A stretch of DNA of 64,000 nt from Candidatus Sericytochromatia bacterium (GTDB lineage Bacteria; Cyanobacteriota; Sericytochromatia; UBA7694): assembly GCA_018780035.1 (NCBI GenBank), contig JADMKE010000003.1, forward strand, positions 338,753-402,752, read 5' to 3'. A model generated the notes under the pieces. It was given only the letters and a program-made list of their open reading frames with translations, ran no database searches and was not told the DNA's origin. The position numbers and the translations under genes were made by a program. Below, piece by piece: positions 37,961 through 47,976 of this stretch; the first letter of the stretch is position 1; the number at the start of each line of letters is the position of its first letter.

Positions 37961-38608
37961 TTAAGATGAAAGTGGCAGCCGACAGGCCCCTTGCAGGCAA
38001 AACTCCAATGCCATTAAGCGATAAACCATCTGTGCCACCTCTTCCAAGCTGGATTCCTGGGCGATAATTTCTCCAATTCGGGCTTTGTCTTTGTGGACTT
38101 TGCCCAAAGACACCTGCCGTTTTTCGGCGGCAGTTTCGAGATTCAAACCGCCATCGTAAAGCAGACAGAAGAGATCCTGCAGATCCCGAGGTAAAAGTCC
38201 CCAGAGGCGTTTGTACAAAGAGGTGGCCTCCAGGCGATAGATCTGCCAACTCTCTTCAGGCAAGAGTGACTCTGCCTGCCAGGGTTCGAGTTCATCCAAA
38301 GACTGGGTGCGTTCTGCTTTTTCTCGCCGGTAATAGTCAATCAGAACTGAATGCAGTGTGAGTGAAATAAACGAACGCACCTGTTTTTCGTTGTAGAGCC
38401 GCATTTTGAGGTAGACCACGCTTTTAAAATTCAAAAGCTTTTCGAGAAAGAGGCCGAAGACATCTTCAATCAATTCCGCCGATTGCACCCCTTTTGAGCG
38501 CAAAACCAGATGGGCATACCGCTGCAGTTGAATAAAAAGCTCACGTGACATTTTTCCTGCAGACTGGTAAGTGAGCAGGGCCTCTTTAAAGCTAAACGTT
38601 TGACTCAT
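37961..38608 (-). CDS. ECF-type RNA polymerase sigma-70 family factor
   Basis: 215 aa. Region 2 (VFGLFLEKLLNF...LIDYYRREK) and region 4 HTH (LYDGGLNLETAAEKRQVSLGKVHKDKARI). Confidence 0.75.
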   Translation of the reverse strand: MSQTFSFKEALLTYQSAGKMSRELFIQLQRYAHLVLRSKGVQSAELIEDVFGLFLEKLLNFKSVVYLKMRLYNEKQVRSFISLTLHSVLIDYYRREKAERTQSLDELEPWQAESLLPEESWQIYRLEATSLYKRLWGLLPRDLQDLFCLLYDGGLNLETAAEKRQVSLGKVHKDKARIGEIIAQESSLEEVAQMVYRLMALEFCLQGACRLPLSS

Positions 38609-38769
38609 GGTTTTCCTCTGCTGTATTTTACAGGAAAAAAACGATAGTATAATCTTAATCTGAATTATGACTTGTCTTAATTTGATTCATGTTCGTATCT
38701 GAACTAAGCTATAGACAGGCAGATCATTGAGCGCATGAGCCCAAAACAAGAAAGATTGTTAAGTCAGTT

Positions 38770-39873
38770 ATGAACCTGCAAACAAGCATTTTAGAATCAC
38801 TTCTGGACAGCTACCAACAAAGTGTAGATAGCCCGGATCTGCTCACAATTTCAGACGCGCAGTTAGAGAGCTTGGTTGAACTTGATTCTGGTTTTGAAGC
38901 CCAGCGGGTATGGGAAAATCAACAATTGCCTCCAGAGGTGCCTCAACCCACCCAGCCCAGCTTGAGGCCTGGGCAAATCTGGTCAATTCCAGATCAGATC
39001 GTTCTGCCCGCGGGTCTGCGCAGCCCGAATGCCAGTCCCATTGAGACTGGAAGCTTGCGGCTATTTGTTTTGCTTGAAATCGGCCAACATCATTTGGGGC
39101 GTTTTCAAGAAATTTTGCTCTGCCCCTTGACTGAATTGCTCGAAATGGCTTCTCATGAGGATCTGATCCTGCCTGAAAGCGAAAACCCCTTTGCTGAAAA
39201 GATCTTATTGGAAATTTGGAACAGCACCCCCAGTCTGAGTTTTGTGCTCGATCAGTGCTGGGGGGAAATCTCAGAGAAAGCCCTACAGCAGGCCTTGGCT
39301 GCATATCAGGGGCAAGCCCATGATGGTCTGCGGGGCGGAACTCCTGTGGGACCAGATTCTGTGATCCACCGTTTTCAAGGCCAAGAAAAAAACCAAATGG
39401 CCTGTTTGGCCGCACCCATGCACGCTTTAAATGCTTTAAAAACGTCCTGTGCCCAAGCCCTGATACATATCAGCCCCAAAGGCTTAAATGGACCTCCCGA
39501 GGGGATTTTAAGCCCCTTTTTGCCCACGCGCTTAACCCAAAACCAAAGTGCTGTTTTTGCTGCCTCTGCTGGATCTGAAGTCACAGCCCCTCAGGCCAGT
39601 AGCAAAGAGCGCTTGCAATTGGGGGAAGATCTCATTTTGGAATTTTGGCAAGAAGGTGACAATCTGGAGTTTTTCTGTGCCAATAGCGAACAGACCGCAT
39701 ATAGCGGTCTGTTGATTGGCTATACCCACATGGATGGCAGCCTGAAATTGCTGGAGACAGATCTCTGGGGCACGGCCTTTTTAGCCCTGGCCGAATTATC
39801 CAAAGGGGACACGCTCTTGAGCTTTACAGTCCCCGAGGGCCCCGAAGAATGGTTTTATCCCATCTCCAATTAA
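38770..39873 (+). CDS. Hypothetical protein (divergent from ECF sigma gene)
   Basis: 367 aa with no TM, signal or recognisable motif. Confidence 0.35.
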   Translation: MNLQTSILESLLDSYQQSVDSPDLLTISDAQLESLVELDSGFEAQRVWENQQLPPEVPQPTQPSLRPGQIWSIPDQIVLPAGLRSPNASPIETGSLRLFVLLEIGQHHLGRFQEILLCPLTELLEMASHEDLILPESENPFAEKILLEIWNSTPSLSFVLDQCWGEISEKALQQALAAYQGQAHDGLRGGTPVGPDSVIHRFQGQEKNQMACLAAPMHALNALKTSCAQALIHISPKGLNGPPEGILSPFLPTRLTQNQSAVFAASAGSEVTAPQASSKERLQLGEDLILEFWQEGDNLEFFCANSEQTAYSGLLIGYTHMDGSLKLLETDLWGTAFLALAELSKGDTLLSFTVPEGPEEWFYPISN

Positions 39874-39905
39874 GCCCCAGTGATTCAATCAAAACGGGAT
39901 CTCAA

Positions 39906-40160
39906 TTAAAAAAAACGCCGGTAACGGGGAAACGTGGTCTGCAATTCCCATTTTAGGGCATCGAGATTGTCGCAACTGTGCATACGCAAAAGCAGTTCGA
40001 TCGTCAATTTGAGTTGTTGTAATTCCCGCAATTGATTCGGCTTTTGGGTTTCAGTTGAACGAATAAGGGTGTAAATTTCACGATCCATTTTTTGGAAAAT
40101 GCGTTGAAAATAACGTTGAAATGCAATCGGGGAATCGGTTTTAAAATTCTTGAGGGCCAT
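39906..40160 (-). CDS. Small helical hypothetical protein
   Basis: 84 aa, basic and helical. It sits upstream of the ankyrin gene cluster on the same strand. Confidence 0.3.
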   Translation of the reverse strand: MALKNFKTDSPIAFQRYFQRIFQKMDREIYTLIRSTETQKPNQLRELQQLKLTIELLLRMHSCDNLDALKWELQTTFPRYRRFF

Positions 40161-40227
40161 GGGAATCTCTCCTGTCTGTCAATAGAGAGAGATACGCAAA
40201 TACCCGCTTTGTTTTCACACAAAAAAG

Positions 40228-41280
40228 TTAACGCTGGTTTTGCCTCAAGAGATCAACCATCTCCGGATAAAAGCCTTGCTGAGCATAATTAAGAGCCGTG
40301 TGTCCAGTTTGATCTTTGATACCTGGATCTGCTCCCAAATCAAGCAATACCTCTGCCATGTGTAAATGATTCGCAACAGCGGCATAAAACAGGGCTGTCC
40401 AGCCAGAGTCAGTTTGGGCATTCACATTCACACCCAATTGATGCAAAAATCTTAAATTGGCGGGCTGTCCACCCTGACTTGCAGCAATCAGTGTCGTCTC
40501 CCCATCTTTGGCGCGTGCGAGCGGATCCAGCCCTTTTTCGATCAAAAAATTGAGCATATCAAGTGAGGCTGAGCGGGCGGCATCAAAGAGCAGGGTTTTT
40601 CGATCTGCATTTTTGTGGTGCAAATTCAAGCCTTTGGTATGTAAAAATCTGACCAAGTCCAAATTGCCACTGAGCACTGCTGCCGTCAAAAGGCTGTCTC
40701 CTGCTGGGGAGATAAATCCAATTTTCACGCCTTGTGTGAGTAAAAAATCCACCATTTCCAGATTGCCAGATTTGGCCAATTCCCAAATCAGCGGGAATGG
40801 GCCATAAACCGTTTGATTGGGATTGGCCTCATGAAGGAGTAAAAGCTTCATGATTTGGTTCTGTTGTTTAGAGGCCTGAGAGTGATACGCAAATAACAGC
40901 GCACTTCGTCCATCATGGGTTTGGTATTTGGGATTCATGCCCTGCTTAATTAAGAACTGAACCAATTCCAAATTGCCACTCTGGGCAGCCCACATCAGGC
41001 AATTATTCTGATCTTGATCTTTGACTTGCAACTTGGCCCCTTGCTTCAAGAGCTTTTTGACCTCTTCAAGCTGGCCCAAAGAACAGGCTCGGATGATGAT
41101 CGGCGCTTTGTATTCATAGCCATCCTGCAATTGCCACACAATGGTGCGATTTGGATTCTGAATGGGTTTGGCCTGGACCGCGAGATGGACTCCTTGGCTC
41201 AAAACCAATCCCAATACGCTTGTTTGTAAACAATTCAGAAGCTTCTTTAATCCACAGAATTTCAGAGTAGGGATACGCAT
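40228..41280 (-). CDS. Secreted ankyrin-repeat protein
   Basis: 350 aa with N-terminal signal-like segment and about 8 ankyrin repeats (NCLMWAAQSGNLELVQFLIKQGMNP, TLLFDAARSASLDMLNFLIEKGLDP, TALFYAAVANHLHMAEVLLDLGADP). Confidence 0.8.
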   Translation of the reverse strand: MRIPTLKFCGLKKLLNCLQTSVLGLVLSQGVHLAVQAKPIQNPNRTIVWQLQDGYEYKAPIIIRACSLGQLEEVKKLLKQGAKLQVKDQDQNNCLMWAAQSGNLELVQFLIKQGMNPKYQTHDGRSALLFAYHSQASKQQNQIMKLLLLHEANPNQTVYGPFPLIWELAKSGNLEMVDFLLTQGVKIGFISPAGDSLLTAAVLSGNLDLVRFLHTKGLNLHHKNADRKTLLFDAARSASLDMLNFLIEKGLDPLARAKDGETTLIAASQGGQPANLRFLHQLGVNVNAQTDSGWTALFYAAVANHLHMAEVLLDLGADPGIKDQTGHTALNYAQQGFYPEMVDLLRQNQR

Positions 41281-41282
41281 GT

Positions 41283-43763
41283 TTATTCAGATTTTAAAGT
41301 CAATATTTTCCCCGATTTTTTTAAGCTCCCCCCCAATCGATTGACTCCGCGAATTTCATAAGTCTTGATTTTTCCCGCAACTTGTTTCAAGGGGGAATAG
41401 AGCACAAAACCTGCTTGTTTTTCATTGCCAGAATAGTCTTTCTGCAATAGAAACAGATCCAAGTGGTTTTTTTTGCCCGAAAGGGGATGACTTAATTCTT
41501 TCCAATATTTGGCACTTTCAAGATTTGCTGCCTGATACAAAGTCTGAAAATCTGGGGGATAATTTCCTTCATGGTCGACAGCATAGGTTTCTAACATCGT
41601 TTGCAATTCCGACATGTTTTGACTGACCGCATGTTCGAATTTTTCATGGTCTAACTGCAAGGCATTCAGGGCCTTTAAACTGTCTTGAACGGTGACCAGT
41701 TTCAAATTCTGATTGGGCAAAAAACGCTTTAATTGGAGTTGGATCAAATCCAAAGGTGTTCTTTTCAACTTGTCTTTCAGTTGAAGCGGAGCCCCATTTT
41801 GAATCAGCAATTGCGCACTTTCATAATTGCCCAATTGGAGCACCTGATGTAATAAACTCATTCCCTGTGCATTCTGAGCTTTGAGGTCGATCAAGACAGG
41901 TTTTTCAAGCAAAGATGCCTTGAGCAAAGTGAGTTCCTGATCTTTGAGCAGCATAAAAGGCAGATCGCCCTGTTTGTTGACGCTTTTCGGATTGGCTCCC
42001 AGTGAGACCAATTGCAAGACATTGTCGCGATTTCCTGCCCTAAAAGCCCTGTGTAAAGCAGCATTTCCAAAAGCATCTGTTTGATTTAATCCAAAGCCTT
42101 TGCTTTTAAAATAGCGTAATAATTCAGGATTGCCCTTTTCAGCAACTTCAAACCACATGTTCAAATCTTTTTTGTCTAATTTGATTCCGATCGATTCCAA
42201 AGTTAAGAAGGTATTTATATTATTGGATTTGATGGCTTGACTTAAGAGAGCCAAACGCTCTTGAAACTTCCAATTTTTTTGAGTTTCTTGTGATACCAAC
42301 CATTTAAAATGGTCTAACCGCTCTCGTTGGATGAGATTTAAACGCAAATCTGAGCGAAGTTGCAGATCTGGTTTGCACAATTGAAAGAGTTGCGAAAAGA
42401 GCGGCAAAGGGGCATTATTTGAAGCAGAATAAAGTCCCTGACTTTGTTGACTGGGTGAGAGCTTGCGAAAGAGCAACAATGCAATTTGAGGCTGTGGCAG
42501 AGAGAGTGAAGCTTCAAACGCGGGAAACAGATCACGGGCTCCTTTGCTTAAAAGATCTTGAACCCCTGCTGTATAGCCCCTGGCAACAACAAAAGGCAAG
42601 AGTCTCTCTGCTTGGGTTGGCTCGGGTATGGACGGAAACAGTTGTTTGCGTAAATTGAATAAATTGAGATAATCTGAAGGTATTCCTCCCCCCTGACCAT
42701 AAGCCATTTGGGCATAATGAACCCCCAAATTTTGATTCAATTCAGCAGCCTTGATAAAATGAATCAGGGCTTGATTGGGATCCTTTTTTTCCCCGATTTC
42801 CATCAAAAACATGCGTCCCCTGAAAAAATAAGCCTCTGGCTCCTGAAGGGACATGGCTTTGTCTAACCAGCGTTTGCCTTGTTCAAGATCAGCAGGCATG
42901 CCAAGGCCTTCAATCAACAGCTCTCCTATCATCGCCATGGCAAACGTGTTACCGGACTCTGCAGCAAGTGTATAGGCCTCAAATGCAATTGTAAAATACT
43001 GCCAAAAATATAAATAATCTGTAAATTCGATCAGACTTTTCCATTTTTTTTGTGAGGCATACAGCTTAACCGCCGCCAAAGCTGCATTTTTGGCAAGATC
43101 TGGTTTTTCCTGATCTTTTAAAAGTGCAGCCAAAGTCTGATAAGCAAAAGCATACCCTTGCTCTCCCAAAGACTGGTACAAGGCCTCTGCCTTGGCAAAA
43201 TCCGGTGCTCCTCCCACTCCCCGGTGATACAGTCCGGCCAACATAAACTGTCCCATTGGCAGCGTTTGCGCTTCAGGCTTGGTGAGCCAATAACGGGCTT
43301 TGGGGGCATCTTTGAGTGCGGGCACGATGGCTTCATCAGCAAAAGCAGAGACCATGCCCAAAAGGATTTGGGCATAAGGGTCTCCTTTCTCCGCTTGTTT
43401 TTCCAATTCACTTAGACCCTGTTTGCACAGCGGTGCACGGGTTTGTCCGTCTGGGAATAGTGCTTTTAATGCGGCCTCTTCTTCAAGACAGGTATAAGCC
43501 ATGGCCTGAGGTTCTGAGTGCGCCAAAGCGGCTTTAAGATAAGTTAGCAATTGTGTTTGACGCTGATCTGAATCCGTATTTGTTAATACCCCATTAATAT
43601 TGGCCATCGAAGCCCACACCGCTTGAGATTTTGGGTCTCCCGTTTGGGCCAATCGTTCAATTTCGCTCCAACTTTTCACAGGGGGTGCGGTCTGTGATAG
43701 CGCCCCTGATGGCATGCACAAGAGGGAACCTGCCAAGATTAAACACAAGAAGTTATTTTTCAT
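41283..43763 (-). CDS. Secreted Sel1/TPR-like repeat plus ankyrin-repeat protein
   Basis: 826 aa with signal peptide MKNNFLCLILAGSLLCMPSGALSQ. Sel1-like units (AQILLGMVSAF..., AMAMIGELLIEGLGMPADLEQGKRWLDKA). Ankyrin units (NAALHRAFRAGNRDNVLQLVSLGANP, MSLLHQVLQLGNYESAQLLIQNGAPL). Confidence 0.75.
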   Translation of the reverse strand: MKNNFLCLILAGSLLCMPSGALSQTAPPVKSWSEIERLAQTGDPKSQAVWASMANINGVLTNTDSDQRQTQLLTYLKAALAHSEPQAMAYTCLEEEAALKALFPDGQTRAPLCKQGLSELEKQAEKGDPYAQILLGMVSAFADEAIVPALKDAPKARYWLTKPEAQTLPMGQFMLAGLYHRGVGGAPDFAKAEALYQSLGEQGYAFAYQTLAALLKDQEKPDLAKNAALAAVKLYASQKKWKSLIEFTDYLYFWQYFTIAFEAYTLAAESGNTFAMAMIGELLIEGLGMPADLEQGKRWLDKAMSLQEPEAYFFRGRMFLMEIGEKKDPNQALIHFIKAAELNQNLGVHYAQMAYGQGGGIPSDYLNLFNLRKQLFPSIPEPTQAERLLPFVVARGYTAGVQDLLSKGARDLFPAFEASLSLPQPQIALLLFRKLSPSQQSQGLYSASNNAPLPLFSQLFQLCKPDLQLRSDLRLNLIQRERLDHFKWLVSQETQKNWKFQERLALLSQAIKSNNINTFLTLESIGIKLDKKDLNMWFEVAEKGNPELLRYFKSKGFGLNQTDAFGNAALHRAFRAGNRDNVLQLVSLGANPKSVNKQGDLPFMLLKDQELTLLKASLLEKPVLIDLKAQNAQGMSLLHQVLQLGNYESAQLLIQNGAPLQLKDKLKRTPLDLIQLQLKRFLPNQNLKLVTVQDSLKALNALQLDHEKFEHAVSQNMSELQTMLETYAVDHEGNYPPDFQTLYQAANLESAKYWKELSHPLSGKKNHLDLFLLQKDYSGNEKQAGFVLYSPLKQVAGKIKTYEIRGVNRLGGSLKKSGKILTLKSE

Positions 43764-43805
43764 TTTTTACCTTTCAGCAACTTGAGCAGATCTGTATGGC
43801 CTTGT

Positions 43806-45281
43806 TCATTGGCCAGGTCCAGCGCTTTTTTGCCTTAATTGTTTATTTTGATACTGATTTAATCTGATTAACAGTTCAGGTCGTTCAAATTCTTGGGCAT
43901 AATCCAAGGCATTTTTGCCTTCTGGATCACGTAAATCAGGATTTGCACCCTTTTTTAATAAAGCCTCGACAATCTGGGTATGTCCATTGATAACTGCATA
44001 GTTCAGCGCAGTTGTTTGAAATGCCGTGTGTTTCAAATTGGGATTGTGACCTTTTTTGAGAAAATAGTCCACAATATTGAGATGTCCATTGAGAGCGGCT
44101 ATCACAAAACCATTCTGATTGCTGATAGATGGAGCGCTTGGCGAGAGGCCCTTTTGAACCAAATATTCCAAGATCTTTAAATGTCCCTTTTCTGCAGCGA
44201 AGTAAAGGGCATTTTCCTGATATTTATTTTCGGCTTTGAGATTCAATCCTTGTTTAAGCAGGTATTGAACCATCTCCAGATTGCCACTGCCCGCAGCAAA
44301 CATCAAGAGTGTATTTTTTTCAATGCTTTGGGTTTGAAGATTCGCTTTGTGTTTCAATAAGAGTTGCAGGGTATCAAAATGACCCTTTTCTGCAGCAAAG
44401 ATCAAAGCATCTTTGCCCCAAGTTTCTTCTTTATCTGAAATAGGGGCTTTCAGTTGTAGAAACAGATTGACCAATTCATTGTTTCCAGAATCAGCCGCTT
44501 GCATCAAAGCCGTGAATCCCTTGTTTGCACCTTGTGAAAGCTTGATTTTTGCCCCTTTTTGGAGCAAGAATTTGACAATATCTACTTGGCCATCTGCAAC
44601 TGCATAAATCAACGCAGTGATGCCGTCATTGTTGTGTGCCTCAAGCTCAGCGCCATTGGCGAGGACATATTTTACCAATTCCAAGTTCCTCCCAAAAACG
44701 GCATAAACCAACAGGGCATTGCCATTGTCCTTTTTTTGACTGAGATCTGCACCAGCAGCCTGTAATCTTTGTAAGATTTTCAAATTGCCCGCCTGCGCAG
44801 CAAGCATCAGGCTGTTTGTCGTGTCTGGAAGAAGTGCGTTGGGATCCGCGCCTTTTTTTAACAGTTCATCGAGAGCTTCAACTTGTTCATTTAGCACAGC
44901 CAGCAACAAGGCACTTGCCCCATTTTCAATCCGCTCATTGGGGTCCAACCCTTTTTCAAGCAGGACTTTCACTAAGTCACTTTCGCCAAAGACAACGGCC
45001 CAGATTAAGAGTTTGCTTTCAACTTGTGTCCCTGTGCTATCATCCCATTTGATCGGCTTTTGCAAATCTGCCAGTTTAGCCTGTTGCACCCAGGCTTTTA
45101 ATGCCACTCGGTTACCTGCATCTAATAATTGTTGAAGTGAACTGGATTCAACAGCCACACTGCCCCAAATTGAAGCGAAAAGGGGGTTGGCATGAGCCAA
45201 ACCTGTATGTGAGGAAAATAGGGCGAATGTCAAACCCATAAGCAGTTTATTTTTAAATCCAGAATAGCTCATTTTGAACAA
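43806..45281 (-). CDS. Secreted ankyrin-repeat protein
   Basis: 491 aa. Signal peptide MFKMSYSGFKNKLLMGLTFALFSSHTGLAHA. More than 10 ankyrin repeats (TALIYAVADGQVDIVKFLLQKGAKI, TALNYAVINGHTQIVEALLKKGANP). Confidence 0.8.
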   Translation of the reverse strand: MFKMSYSGFKNKLLMGLTFALFSSHTGLAHANPLFASIWGSVAVESSSLQQLLDAGNRVALKAWVQQAKLADLQKPIKWDDSTGTQVESKLLIWAVVFGESDLVKVLLEKGLDPNERIENGASALLLAVLNEQVEALDELLKKGADPNALLPDTTNSLMLAAQAGNLKILQRLQAAGADLSQKKDNGNALLVYAVFGRNLELVKYVLANGAELEAHNNDGITALIYAVADGQVDIVKFLLQKGAKIKLSQGANKGFTALMQAADSGNNELVNLFLQLKAPISDKEETWGKDALIFAAEKGHFDTLQLLLKHKANLQTQSIEKNTLLMFAAGSGNLEMVQYLLKQGLNLKAENKYQENALYFAAEKGHLKILEYLVQKGLSPSAPSISNQNGFVIAALNGHLNIVDYFLKKGHNPNLKHTAFQTTALNYAVINGHTQIVEALLKKGANPDLRDPEGKNALDYAQEFERPELLIRLNQYQNKQLRQKSAGPGQ

Positions 45282-45472
45282 ACTCTATTACTTTTCATGA
45301 TAAATCACTGTACGAAAAAAAACTCAAGAATTTCAATTTTTCTTGAAACTGTGCATAAACAGCGTACCACTCAGATTTTGTTTTTTCCAGATCAAATTTT
45401 TCCCCCTGCTTTGAAAAAATTTCTCCGTTTGACGTATCTGTTTGGGAGTATCAAAATCAAAGGAAGTATATT

Positions 45473-46891
45473 ATGTCACGCACACTCATTTTTTCTCTGC
45501 TCAGTCTCAGTCTTTTCACGGCCTGTGCCTTGCCCAGTGCCATTCCTTTTTCGGGTGAAGCGCCCAGCTCTGTGCCAACTGGTCAAAGAGTTCCCAATCC
45601 CACCAAATTGCCCAGTGCCATTCCCTCAGATCAAGCAGATAATCGCCCATTCAAACCCATCACAGGCCCCGGTGATATACCGGTGCTCTCCAGCTTTGGC
45701 GGAAAAATCGCCTACTTTTCGAATCGCGATCAATCCCCCAATCATGAAGGGACCGGCAGTTTAGAGAACGAAAATGCGATTCCTGAATCCCAGGTGGCTT
45801 CCCCTTATCTTTACGAAAACGGGATTTCTCGCAGATTGGGCAGTTATACTGTGCAAAGTGCCGAAAATCTCTCGATGGGTTTTGCCTCAAATGGCAAACA
45901 ATTGGGTTATTTAATTCCCGAAGGAAATCCCTATAATTTGGTTTTATACATGCAAAATTTGGACTTTACCCAGCTCAATCGCGAAGGTCTGCCCATCGGC
46001 AGAAAATATGACCAAACGCTGCCAGTTTACAAACAACTCCTGAGTATGCATGTCCCTCGCTGGGGTATTTCCAGTAAAAACATCCTTGCGGTGATCAAAC
46101 AAGACCGCAGCGGAAAATCAGATATTTGGGTCGGCAAACCCGGCAGCTCGGATCTGATCCAGGTGACCCAGACCGAAAGATACAACGAATCCAGTTTTCA
46201 GGAGATCGAGGAAGTGATTTGGTCTCCTGATGGAAGTCAGATCTATTTCACCATGAATCTGATTGGAGCATTGCCCCAAGGGACGTTGCCTTATAAACAC
46301 CTGGTTCGTATAGACAGAACAGGTGCCAATCAATCAGTCTATCCCGTTCCCTTTCCTGTGCGCCATATTCAAGTTTCACCAGATGGAAATAAACTGCTCT
46401 TTACAGGGACAGATCCCACCCAAAATCCCATCCGGGATCATCTCTATACCATCAATAAAGATGGCACAGGGCTTACCACGTTGACCCAGGGACGTCTGGG
46501 AGAGCATTATTGGGGCAAATGGTCCCCTGATGGCAGCCAGATTGTCTATGTCAACAATACCAAAGATTTTCAAAGTCTCTGCACAGCACCCTCAGCCATG
46601 TTTCCACCCAGCAGTCCTGAAGAGCGACGAGCTGCAGAAGATTATATGAACTGTCGCATGGCAGGAGAAGAGTTGGTGATGGCGAAAGCGGACGGCAGTC
46701 AATTCCAACAGCTCACTCGCAATGAAGCCCAGGACACGTACCCCACTTGGTCTCCAGATGGTAAATACCTGGCTTTTACCAGCAAACGCGATGGCAATCG
46801 TGAAATCTACGTCATCAAAAAGGATGGCAGCACTCCGCTTAATATTTCCCAAAACCCAAGTGAGGATTCACGTCCGGTTTGGGGGCCTTAA
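45473..46891 (+). CDS. TolB-like beta-propeller lipoprotein (PD40/WD40-like repeats)
   Basis: Lipobox LFTAC. Repeated PD40 signatures WSPDGSQIYF, VSPDGNKLLF, WSPDGSQIVY, WSPDGKYLAF. Confidence 0.75.
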   Translation: MSRTLIFSLLSLSLFTACALPSAIPFSGEAPSSVPTGQRVPNPTKLPSAIPSDQADNRPFKPITGPGDIPVLSSFGGKIAYFSNRDQSPNHEGTGSLENENAIPESQVASPYLYENGISRRLGSYTVQSAENLSMGFASNGKQLGYLIPEGNPYNLVLYMQNLDFTQLNREGLPIGRKYDQTLPVYKQLLSMHVPRWGISSKNILAVIKQDRSGKSDIWVGKPGSSDLIQVTQTERYNESSFQEIEEVIWSPDGSQIYFTMNLIGALPQGTLPYKHLVRIDRTGANQSVYPVPFPVRHIQVSPDGNKLLFTGTDPTQNPIRDHLYTINKDGTGLTTLTQGRLGEHYWGKWSPDGSQIVYVNNTKDFQSLCTAPSAMFPPSSPEERRAAEDYMNCRMAGEELVMAKADGSQFQQLTRNEAQDTYPTWSPDGKYLAFTSKRDGNREIYVIKKDGSTPLNISQNPSEDSRPVWGP

Positions 46892-46947
46892 CCTGAATTT
46901 GATGCAGGCAGGGATGGGTTCAATCCATCCTTGCTCTGATTGGCAAT

Positions 46948-47550
46948 TTGGCGATGTTTTTTGCTTGTTTGGGAGGTGTATTTCAGACATGTGCGCAAGG
47001 TGCATATGCACAAGAGCCATCTGCCCAAGACATTTGTTTAAATGGGAATCTTTCTGTCGAACCACGTATTAAAGCCTGTTCAACAGCCCTGGTTAAAACA
47101 CCTGAGAACAGTCAACTTTACTTTACTCGCGCCCAGTTGTATATGTTCATTGAAAATCCAACACAAGCCTTGTCTGATATCAATGCAGTTTTAGCTTTGG
47201 AACCCAATAATAGCGAGGCATATGAATTGTTTGTCAAAATTAAATTCCGTTCTTCAACTTTCAGCAAAGTTTTATCAATGCGAAAAAAGTACTATCAAGA
47301 GCATAATAACTATTCCAAAGCCATTGAAGATCTGAATCTAATCATTGAATTACAACCAAAAATCTATTTGAATTATTATAATCGTGCTCAAATGTGGTTG
47401 AAATTAAAAGCTTTTGACAAAGCGTTAGGAGATTTTGACACCATTCAAACGATGATGCCCAATGAGCTGCCCAATGAGCCTTGGGTCTTGATCGATTGGG
47501 CGGAGATCTGGCTATATAAAAAAATCTGTCGAATTAACTCAGGGATTTAA
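46948..47550 (+). CDS. TPR-repeat protein
   Basis: 200 aa with TPR-like 34-aa units (AQLYMFIENPTQALSDINAVLALEPNNSEAYE; YYNRAQMWLKLKAFDKALGDFD). Confidence 0.55.
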   Translation: MAMFFACLGGVFQTCAQGAYAQEPSAQDICLNGNLSVEPRIKACSTALVKTPENSQLYFTRAQLYMFIENPTQALSDINAVLALEPNNSEAYELFVKIKFRSSTFSKVLSMRKKYYQEHNNYSKAIEDLNLIIELQPKIYLNYYNRAQMWLKLKAFDKALGDFDTIQTMMPNELPNEPWVLIDWAEIWLYKKICRINSGI

Positions 47551-47552
47551 AC

Positions 47553-47921
47553 TTGGCCTTGGAAATAGCGTCCGTAGACAATTCGAGATATAAAGTAGAA
47601 ATTTATGCTTACCTGGCTTGGCTGAATGCGCTCAAACATGACTTCAATCAAGCCAAATTAGAATTAAACAAAGCTGATGAATTAGACCCAGAGCATGAAC
47701 TTTATTTGTTTTTGTATATCATGATTGACTATTTACAGGGCAATACAAAGAATGTCAAAAGCTGCTACTTGCCAAAGACCATGATCTCAAAGCCTTGGAA
47801 ATACTTTTTCTGCTGCTTTGCAATTCCAAAGCGAGTGAATGATTCAAAAAGAATGCTTCTCAAAGAATTGCCCAAAAGGCTGTTTGAGACTGAAAGGCAT
47901 GTTTCAACGCTATCAAAATAA
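47553..47921 (+). CDS. Small TPR-like helical protein, TTG start 2 nt after the upstream stop
   Basis: 122 aa (EIYAYLAWLNALKHDFNQAKLELNKADELDPEH). AGGGA lies 7 nt upstream of the TTG. I checked a frameshift join to the upstream ORF and rejected it. Confidence 0.35.
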   Translation: MALEIASVDNSRYKVEIYAYLAWLNALKHDFNQAKLELNKADELDPEHELYLFLYIMIDYLQGNTKNVKSCYLPKTMISKPWKYFFCCFAIPKRVNDSKRMLLKELPKRLFETERHVSTLSK

Positions 47922-47934
47922 AATAAAGAATAAA

Positions 47935-47962
47935 AAGAGAGGGCATCAAGCCCTCTCTTTGA
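47935..47962. terminator. Bidirectional rho-independent terminator between convergent genes
   Basis: Hairpin gagagggc-atcaa-gccctctc, read directly. It is followed by TTTGATT on the plus strand and by a TTTTTATTCTTTATTTT run on the minus strand. Confidence 0.6.
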
Positions 47963-47976
47963 TTAAATCGGATGGG

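Noticed and set aside
39860-39906. Possible terminator (ccggtaacgg followed by T8 on the minus strand) between convergent genes 38770..39873 and 39906..40160
   Set aside because: The stem is only 3 G-C pairs and its position relative to the T-run is marginal. Left uncalled.
46948-47921. Hypothesis that the two TPR-like ORFs are one gene split by a frameshift in the A7 tract (47518-47524)
   Set aside because: The downstream frame is closed by a TAA at 47535-47537, after the A-tract. Neither a +1 nor a -1 slip in the tract joins the frames. A TTG start with an AGGGA RBS directly after the upstream stop explains the second ORF.
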